The notes beneath the pieces are model-generated. The model did no database searches, had not been told where the DNA came from, and saw only the letters and a list, made by a program, of their open reading frames with translations. A stretch of DNA of 64,000 bases from Phoronis australis (Eukaryota > Animalia > Phoronida), in contig NMRA01000039.1 of the NCBI GenBank assembly GCA_002633005.1, positions 635,021 through 699,020 of the forward strand. The letters run 5' to 3'. A program made the position numbers and the translations under genes. This document shows positions 54,710 through 64,000 of this stretch, in pieces. Each line of letters opens with the position of its first letter. The stretch's first letter is position 1.

Positions 54710-54779
54710 CTAGAAACCTGACTCAAGGGTCCAGAGTGGCTCAGTGGGACACTGCTAGACCCTTGAGTCAGGTTTCTAG
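54710..54779. repeat. 70-bp hairpin with perfect 22-bp arms
   Basis: ctagaaacctgactcaagggtc / gacccttgagtcaggtttctag. Confidence 0.9.
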
Positions 54780-55254
54780 CACCTCAGCGCGGTTTTAACT
54801 ATATATTAAAAAGCACAAAAATGGTTCCAGGTGAACAGTGCAATGGGTCCGCGTGCACAGCCTACGCACGTCTGGAACAACGTGTACCAGACTGCCTACA
54901 ATTATTTCTTTGAGCCTATGCACGCCTAGAGTAATGGTGGGATATAACATGCCCGCATTTTGAGAACTCAGAATAACGGGCATCAAACTCCGGGTTCTCA
55001 AAATATGAGCATGTTATAACTGACTAGTGCCCACACCTGGAATACCACAACCGGTCACCTGCCTACTTTTAGCACATGAAACCTCAATTGGTTAAGGAAG
55101 GAGAGAAAATGGCGTAATTAGCAAAATGGCATAATTAGCAAAATATAACACCTTTAAAACCACTTGTATTGATGGAATTTTACTCAACACAGAAAACCTT
55201 AGATGAGGTTATAGACCATTAGCTCTTGAAATAATTTTTCCTGTACATTGCTAC

Positions 55255-55418
55255 CAGTGGCAGATTTAAGGTGGGGCCAAGTGGGCCATGTCCCCACCCT
55301 GAAATTTATCCCAGATTCCATTTGCCAGTTCGGGGGTGCAAATGCCTGACGGCCGAAATCATGGATAATACTATGCCCTGCCCTCCCCCCCCAATTCAAA
55401 ATCCTGCATCCAACCCTG
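55255..55418. mobile_element. Short hAT-like MITE
   Basis: CAGTGGCAGATTTAAG ... AAATCCTGCATCCAACCCTG, flanked on both sides by GCTAC. Confidence 0.55.
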
Positions 55419-58400
55419 GCTACAGATAAATATTACTGGATGTAAACCAAGTAGTATTTCCTTGTGGTTTATTTTTGTCTGGATTATCAACAAAATTATA
55501 CTTTTGTGATACAGTAACCTAAATACTTTCAGCACTTGGTGCAAATACATGCTTTACGGGGAGGGGGGCACAAAAAATAACTAAGTGGTGGTTTCACGCT
55601 GAGAATTGAAGCAATTCTACCATGGGACCAAGATTACTGCCACGTAGACTTAAGATGTGATCAGTTTGGCCGTCTCAGAGCCTACTTGATCAATTACAGA
55701 ATTCTGCTTAGGGTCTTATTTAATATAGATTATATACAAACATAGGCCAATCTTGAGAAAAATGTCACACTGATCACGGACCAAGTGAAAACAACGTTGC
55801 TTTCCCCAAGGTCCACATAACCTGACATATTGTCATCGATCTACATATGTTTATTTTATTATACGGCAACTAATGCTTGATTCCTGATTTTTTTCGTCTG
55901 TTCAATCCACATGACGCTTATACCTACTGCCATCATCACCTAGCTATTACTGCTCGTGCAGTCAGGAGTTCATGGTTGCTCCAGTGCGTAACTGGTCACC
56001 TCTAGCGACATCTGTGGTTCGCGGATCTTGAAAAGAGATCATTACACGGCAAGCCATGCAACATTACCTTGTAACAGAAGCCTCTGTACTCTGATTTAGA
56101 CAATCAGAAGACATAGGGATCAGTGGTTGTGCACAACTATCCATAATATCTGGGTCATTATTACTGACTACCAAATCACATAGATACAATTGGTAGAGAT
56201 GATTATTGTCAGGCAGTATTACTTCAACCTCAGTAATATTGACACCATGAACAGACCTGAAAAAATCTTGTAGTCCTGTCAGCTCAGCAACCACGAATGA
56301 CCAAACAATTCCAACAATTAATCCTACTCTATATGTTAGTCAGGGGTCAAACATCATAAAAACAACTGTTTGTTAAATCAACAAAAACATTTAAATTGTC
56401 TGTGCTACATGAACATCATCCACCATACCCCTTATGAATAGGTAGAATAGAAAATAAAATACCATCGACATTGTTTCTGTAGCAGAAAATTCACAGGTGG
56501 TGGCCGAACAACACACAAGTTCAAACAATTTATGTTTAACATATGTTCAGGAAAATAACCCCCAGTGCAGCTCAAGCTGTTCTTGAGAAACAAAAGGGAT
56601 GTCTGATATTTCAATTACTTCATGTAATGTACGCCTGACTACTGAAATCCTTTAAAACCTAGATTACTGTTCTCTCCAATTAACTTATCTCACTACTTCA
56701 ACCTGATCACCTTTAGAACAGGTAATGGCAGTTTAATGATGGTCACAGGTGTCACTGAACAACATAGTGAGAGCTACTCAGTCAACTCACAGTCCTACAC
56801 AACAAACAATGCTCGCGCTTCAAACAACCAACCTGTGAATCTTCTCTGTCCCAACCAATACTCTAAACCACGATGTGTCATGGTATGGGCGTCTCAATAA
56901 CACAAAATCAAGAACAGTTTAATGCCCAGGCCTCCATCTCCCAGTTGTGTCCTCAAACAGAATCCAAAGGTTTCAGGATAACAATCCATCCAATTGTCCA
57001 TGAAAACAACAGAACAGTGTAACAATGAATACCAAGGCCACAGGCCCTCTGCCTTGGTCTGCCTGTTACAATGCCAGCACAGCAATGATTATGATACCAG
57101 CACAATAGTTGACTGCAGGCCTGCAGATACAGGCATCAATAGCTGGAGACTCCTGCTCCACAGCAACAGACTTATGTTGATTTCAGCAGGCTCTAAGCAC
57201 ACACCAGAAGACCAAGCAGTAGACTACACCAGTACACAACCACTAAGTCAGAATGTTGCTAGCACTCCCAGCTGAACTTTGCTCAGAGCAGTTATTGCCA
57301 CAGCCATCTGTTAGAGGCAACCTAAAACAGTCTCTTGACTGAATGCATGCCCTGTACAATGACATCTGCAGTCTCCAAACGTTTGCATTTGCGTTGGATG
57401 TTACATCAGAAATCAATTCACTGCTATTCAAGGAAGGTGAAAACACTGGACTGCACCACGATACAGTATCAATCCACACGCATATTTATAGCTACACCCA
57501 CCCTGACTACACAGAGGTCTCTACGCTACAATTTCTTCGATCAAAAATTATCCGTCACTGTGTGATCCTCACAGACAAACAGGTAGCAGCAGTGAGCACT
57601 GTCACAGCAACCTCATTGGAAATTCTCTTCACTTCTGGTTATCAGGGTGATTATGTTACATACTCATTACAAGCTGTATTAATTATGCATAGCCTGAGAT
57701 GAACAAGGCAGAATCAATGACACTTCAGGTAGGGATCACTACCTGTAACAAAGTAAATACCCTTAAGGCCTCTATGCAATTTTGTCTGCTTTTTATGCAG
57801 GGTTGCAGGGCATATAGCGGGAAAATTGGGACACCCACTGTTTTAGAAAAACGGCGTCACAAAATGATCTTTCAAAGCCCCACGAGAGTAAGAAATCATC
57901 ATTACACCATGGATCGAAAGGAAATCATTGATTGCTCGGAAGTAAAGATTCGACGCCGCCAGCATAATTTATTCCAGTTGAAAGTTTGCAACTTTGACTT
58001 GACCTAATTCGCACTCTGGAGGACATTAAGAGAGATATTCCAAGAAAATTATTCTCTAAAGTTTTGTTCATACAATACCATTATCCTATTCCCATATTTG
58101 AAGCCATCACATAGATTTAAAAACATCGGCTGTTGCTATTGATTGGCACTTAAGAGTGTCTAACAGACCGACTCTCAGTCTCCTTCGGAACACTGAGGAG
58201 GGGAAGTTCAGCTCTAAACATTAGCTAAGTTGGAATTACTCAGGATTCTCCCCAGGCAAAAATCAAAACAGCTCCAATGGTGTTTTTCCATCTTAATTTC
58301 CTTTCCGCTAACTCACAAAACAACTGCAATCGGCACACTGTTTTCACAGGCTGAAGTTGTTCATTTGTTACAGAAAAGGAACAAAAAATGGTACAACTAA

Positions 58401-60360
58401 GCAACATGACTGAAATATCTCACCTATTTAGGGCACAATATACCTCTAATGCGACATTCTATTTCCAGTTTTTTATTGAAAGATACATAACACCAAAGTA
58501 CTGCTTTTCCCTACCGGTATTCCAATTCCGTATCATAGCAACCACCAGATGACATTCTGTGGAAAATTTGTGGATATTCACTACGGTGTTCCAAACCCTC
58601 AAAAATTATGAGCGCAATTTTCGTAATAACTGTTCAAAAAAAGGTGAGAAGTTACGAAATTGTGATACCTTGCCTATTCAAGTACGGCTCAACAAAACTT
58701 GAAAAATGCAACTTGGAAAAATTACTTAGGATACTAAACTGTAACTGAGCTTGCCAAAACAAGGTAACTTTGTACATAAGGAAAGTCCAGCAAGACCCTA
58801 ATGCTTAGTTGGCAAGAACCAAGCGAAAATGAAATAAATGATATTCCTGAAGTGAAAAACTGGAGAACTCAGCAAATGTCCGTCGATGTACCCGACATCG
58901 TCATGAAGGCATTTTTTATCAAACTGAAAGAATGCCTTGTGTGCTCGGTAATGATCGATTCCCTCCTCCCCTTTCAGATGCGTGTGTGGTGACTTTGTGG
59001 TTAACATAGGATTTTTATTAAGTCGCCAAATAAAATTTGAGGCTGTATAGGCTACCTGCCGGTTCCCCAATCGAGGCCTGTTAAAGATTTCAGCATGGCT
59101 CAGAGGCTCAAGATTTGAAAACATGACTCGGGACTTTTCAATCACGGTGCAGCCGTAAGATTGAAAAGAGGTAGGGAGAACACTGGCGACATTCTGTGAA
59201 TTTATTTATCTACATTATTTAGCTCCAGACAAAACAATGGGGTTAAGTAAGGTAAAATATCAGAAAAAATGAAATTTACTTTCTTCCCATTTTCATAATT
59301 GATAAGAAGCACAAAATAAGCGCTACACAACGGGTATGTTCAGTACATTAGCCTATCCGTTTCTCAAGAAATCATGAATAGTCACAAATACATAGATTTT
59401 AAAAATAAAAATAAAAATAGTGCAGGTGGTCTGAATTACACATTGCAACACCAGACGTGAGAAAGCCACTCAGCATGGTACATTATACAAGACACTGGGA
59501 GGGGGGGGCAGGGGGGGGGCGCCCTTTTTGTTTTATAAATAAACACATATAGACACATTCACAGGACAAGATAAGCTGTGGAGCAAACAGACCAGACTCA
59601 AGGATCAGACACTGTGGACTCCAGTGGGATTTGAACCCACTGTTTTGAGAACAAGATGGGGACATTCAACCATTTCCCCGCAACTTTAATACGAGGAACC
59701 TTTCTGTAAACAAGCAATTTTGGAGAGTTCACCAGTCTTTAATCCTTATTATTTTTTTCATAAGCGTGAGCACGGCTTTCATTACAGAAATGCTCAGTAT
59801 AATAAGAACTATTTCCAGGCAAAAGCTACCCATCCGAGTGTCTACTACCACAGTAGTACGCTATATACTTGACAAGGAAAACATTCATGGATCAAAGTAT
59901 TTAACACTCAACAGACTCCTCCTTGGGTGAGCATGGATTGACTTACATAATGTCATGTCATACTGTCTGCTCACACTGCAAACAAAGGAGCAGCCTAGCC
60001 AACATCAATCTTTGGATCAATGTCCCCAATCACGACATCAATGGAGCTAATTAAACATGGATTGTTAATTGGTTATCAAGTGAGTTCCTATGCCTGCAAC
60101 AATTTCACCAGATTTACAAAGCTCCTTTGGCTTTGTAATAAGCGTCTGACAGTATCCATGTGATACCACAAATTTTTGCATTATAGTAAAATCTAACAAG
60201 TTTCGAACAAAAACCAATGCCAATTTCTATCCTTTTTAATTCTTTACAGGCATTTTGGTAAAAGATCACAATTTCTCAAAATATTGTCCGATTCTAGCAT
60301 TTAGCATTATGGTGTAGAACACCAAAATGATGAAACATTTATTAAGGTCTTGAAACTTAA

Positions 60361-60617
60361 GCCCCATCCACACACAGCCTATGCTAGAACAACTTGCACT
60401 TAAGTGCAACTTATCCCACTTTTAAATGGCCACACAGCGATTAGAAGGGGCGCGCCTTACCCTAGAACAAGTTAACCTCTCTCGATAAGGTGAAGTAAGT
60501 TGTCACAAGTGAGGTAAGTTATACTAGTTTAAACAGCGTCCACACAGCCTCCAAACTTGAGCGACAACTCACTCCAGAAGTAACTCGTTCTAGGGTGAAG
60601 TGTGTGTGTGGATGGCA
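60361..60617. mobile_element. Harbinger-like MITE
   Basis: ccatccacacaca / tgtgtgtggatgg inverted ends. Confidence 0.45.
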
Positions 60618-61327
60618 CAGTAACATTAGCCCGATAGCCTCAACAGCGGGTAACAATTTGCTGTAGGGCAAGTGAAATTTCAAAGCAGCATGCCCAACAG
60701 GAAAGTTCGAAATGTGAATTTGTAAATCCAGATTTAATGGCACGCTTTTCTACATCTACCTGACTGTAGACTTGAAAGCATTACAATAATTTGGAGAAGC
60801 AAGTTTTTCCTTCGCTCAACAAACTTACTTAGTTTACTAACCCAACAGGCAAGTAATGAAAAGTTAGTGTCAAGCCCCATCATTCGCCTCTACTTATCTT
60901 TAATGAGAGAAAAACGAGAAAACAAAATTCAATTGCCTCTTAAATTGGTGAGATTACCGTATTGAATGGAGAACTACGGTGATAAAAAATTACTGGGTCG
61001 GAAAAGCATAACTGTTCTCGTCTCGCATAGAATAGTCAATATGGCTATCACCACAAGCATGTGACTATAAACGATAAATGGCTTAATTGGCAGGGATTAG
61101 CACAAGCAATTAAACAAAAACTGCTACATATTAATGTGTTTTCTTCACACGTTTATCCATGCGAGAAATGAAATGCTTGGGTAAACTGCAAGTTACAAAA
61201 ACAAAATGACACGAAGATATTGTTGCTACAGCGTCAGTAGTCAATGTGCTGATGCAAGATTGCATTAGCAAGACGTCCCGTCAAAAATCATGGGTAAGTA
61301 GACTTTTGCTGGTAATTAACCACTGAC

Positions 61328-61670
61328 AACCTTATTGATAAGTCTAGCCAAATATCCACAAAACTATAGGGATCATTTCTTCAAAATATCTATGTTCTGA
61401 CAGTAAAAAGCCTGTAAAATTTTATTTTAAAAATTTATACTATTTCCCATGAATTGGGTCACGTGACCATGTCTTTCTAATAAAATTTTCCAAAAAAGAA
61501 AGATACCAGGCTAACAATACAATGACCAAATTTCATTGATACAAATATTCCAGATGGAATATCACAGAAACTCTTCCAGTTTTCTAAATTATCATTTCGT
61601 TTTCATTTTATGCAACTTTTGATTTTTCCGAAAAAATCATTAAAGTCCTACATTTGATGGCCTCTCAAGT
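61328..61670 (+). mobile_element. Partial copy of the TTAA MITE family
   Basis: accttattgataagtctagccaaatatccacaaaact ... gtcacgtgaccatgtcttt ... tttatgcaactttt. Confidence 0.5.
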
Positions 61671-62909
61671 TAAAATGAAACAAAAGCATTGGTCTGTAAC
61701 CACACTGTTTGCTTCTGTAATTTCCTAGAAGCGAGGTATAACTATGAAGTTTAACAATTTCATAATCATGTTAACATGATGAATTACTAACAAGTTTTTA
61801 ATCAATCCTTGAAATTGGCTTATAGTAATAAAAATGTGCTGAAAACTTTCTCGTTTAAATTCGCTTCACCGAAAATGTTCTTGTGGCGAAAAAATGCCAG
61901 TCTAGTATTTTCAAAAAGCAAAGATAATCACCTCCCCTCTATTGTGAACAGCTAAAACTAGAATTCATGATTTTATCACCAATAGGTGGCAGTGATAACA
62001 CAAACAACCAATACAAGGTTTTCATCACACCAAAACAATAGCATTTCTTAGATTTGCAGCAGCATATTTCATGCGTTATATTGAAAAAATTGGGATGATT
62101 CCAATATTTGGTGCAATGATAATCAATCTGTAATCCGGTATTTCCAAAAATATTGTTGCAGGTGGTGAGCAAGTAAACAACACAATCAGTAATAACTTAC
62201 CTGAAGGTCAAAAGTATTAATTTCGTAAATTTTCAATTAAATTTTATATTTTAAACTATACTTACTTTGATCTTTTGTAGCATTACATATGGGATACACT
62301 ACTGTGAACTTTCCAATGGCAATCTGAGTAATATACTATATGGACAAAATTTTAATAAACCTGTGCCATACTTTTCACCAATTTCAGACAAAATTAATGT
62401 TTCGTTTTTTAACACAATATAACATTGTTGTGAATATCCATAATTTCTGAAAGCACTGTCTGATGGTTGAAAAGCTAAACCTTGATGAATTATTCATTTA
62501 GTAATACACTATCATCCTTCAAGAAAAAGTGAACAAATGAAATGTCCCGTTTTTCGCGTTTGTTGCGTCCCAAATTGGTAAGATTTGACCGCAGTAAAGG
62601 ATAGCTAAAGCTGAAGTTTTGTGAACCTATATGTCTAACTTAAACAATCATCTAGCGAGCATTCTGGCTCAATGTGGACCAAATCAATCTTCATACAGGA
62701 AGTAACCAATGGCCACCTCAGATGACCACTGGGCAGTTAAAGGAGAATGCCCCCCCCCCCCGGTTTAATTAGTCTTTTTACCATCTTAATCGGTCTATAC
62801 TCACATCACCTCGTATACGGTCAATCTCACCTCGCCGAGAGGTGACCTGTGAGGAAGGTGAGAAATGCCTCAGCGACGTCAGTGGTTCTTCTGCAGAGTG
62901 AATGCCGCT

Positions 62910-63185
62910 ATGGAGTGGTGTATCGTTCCCGCTTGTGCGAACTATGAAGCTACGAGGAAAGCAGGTACATTGTTTTTTCGATTAATCCTCGAGAGCACAC
63001 AATGCTTTGGAAGTGCTTTGCTAAGTATGAGGCCGTGAAACTTCTCCGTGTCTGTGGCCGGCATTTCGTCTACAGTGATTTCACTGACGATCGAATGCCA
63101 GCTTACCAAACAGCTCCATGCCAGGGCAGAAAAAAGAGACTGAGGATGAAGTCAGATGTTGTGCCTAGTGTGTTTGCGTTTGGTA
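62910..63185 (+). pseudogene. THAP zinc-finger domain (N-terminus of a transposase), frameshifted
   Basis: MEWCIVPACANYEATRKAGTLFFR / frameshift / LWKCFAKYEAVKLLRVCGRHFVYSDF...RLRMKSDVVPSVF: C-x4-C, FFR, W, C-x2-HF and an AVP-box-like VPSVF. Confidence 0.8.
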
Positions 63186-63327
63186 GGCAGGAGACAAAAC
63201 AACGCGGATCGGTTGTTGCTCAGTTTTTGATTATAGAGAATTGTGGCTGGCCATGGAAACATAAACAACTACAATTAATTCAAGGCATGAGAACATAACG
63301 TTATATATAACCTGTTTGATGACTCAC

Positions 63328-63748
63328 TCATTCGTCAGATTTCTGTTTGGACCTCTGGGTATAGGATGTTTTCGCCAGTTCTTTTTCCCAAACCCAAAAA
63401 ACGTTGTGAGCAGACTTCTGTTTAAATGGGGTGCAAAATCAGGATGGTCTGTGAGACACATCTACGCTTGTCCAAGAAGGCGTTTCACTTGAGGAATTTC
63501 GTGGCAGCAGAAGCAAGAATCAGTTGTTTCCGTTATCGTGCAGTTAGCACACTGACACCATGACGAATCGCTCTAACGGTTTTCGGAACTAACCATATGT
63601 TCCGTTGTCTATGCACATTCCAGCACCTCTCTTGTATTTCTTGATCAGTGAATTACGGTTCGAACTGAAAGCCAATGAAACCCAACAATTGACCTGTGAA
63701 GTCTTCGTTGGATGACCACTCGTCTAAGTCGGGATAGCGAGTTGCCAC
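63328..63748 (-). pseudogene. KolX / P2X7 C-terminal ballast-like Cys-rich protein, exon remnant with stops and a frameshift
   Basis: GFIGFQFEP*FTDQEI...SWCQCANCTITETTDSCFCCHEIPQV...MCLTDHPDFAPHLNRSLL, ending at donor GA|gtgagt. Confidence 0.7.
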
Positions 63749-64000
63749 GGTTGACGTTTATTATTGTGCGCTCTGTTTCAAAATGAATTATTCTCACCCT
63801 AAGCAATGCTTATATAAAACTTAAACAAAGATACAATAAACTAATTGGCCGGGCACCTTCATACTTTGAATAATACGCTTACAAGGAAGTCGCACATTTC
63901 TAAAGATATGCGGAAATTTTCACCGCTGGTCCTTCTGAGCGGCTTGTACCAGGATCAAAGAGAGCACGGTGCTGGAATCAGGTACAAATGTGATGACCAC

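Larger units (their letters stand above)
62741..64000 (+). mobile_element. Decayed, internally deleted Kolobok-type DNA transposon, probably continuing past the window end
   Basis: TTAA|AGGAGAATGC terminus, then a THAP remnant on + and a convergent Cys-rich KolX-like remnant on -. Confidence 0.7.

Noticed and set aside
59570-59605. SGLFAPQ on the minus strand as Elk exon 1 (GLLAPQ)
   Set aside because: The following NTFLD...RFDG is absent, and it sits next to a SINE-like B box

Overview
AT-rich eukaryotic (invertebrate-like animal) genomic DNA from a draft assembly with N gaps. The window holds the 5' part of a large intron-rich Elk/Kv12 (KCNH3/4/8-like) voltage-gated K+ channel gene on the minus strand. 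Seven clear coding exons run from the PAS domain (38718) to the GFG pore and start of S6 (1114). All have GT-AG sites and compatible phases, and there is a candidate 48-nt in-frame exon at 12423-12470. Exon 1 and the 3' exons were not found in the window. The introns contain many non-autonomous DNA transposons: three 1.5-2.7 kb Tc2/pogo-like elements with TA target sites (one inverted), several TTAA-flanked Kolobok-like MITEs, and Harbinger- and hAT-like MITEs. There are also tRNA-derived SINEs, minisatellites and two haplotype-overlap duplications. At the right end lies a decayed Kolobok transposon with a THAP zinc-finger pseudogene (+) facing a KolX/P2X7-ballast-like pseudogene (-). All calls were made by eye without database searches.
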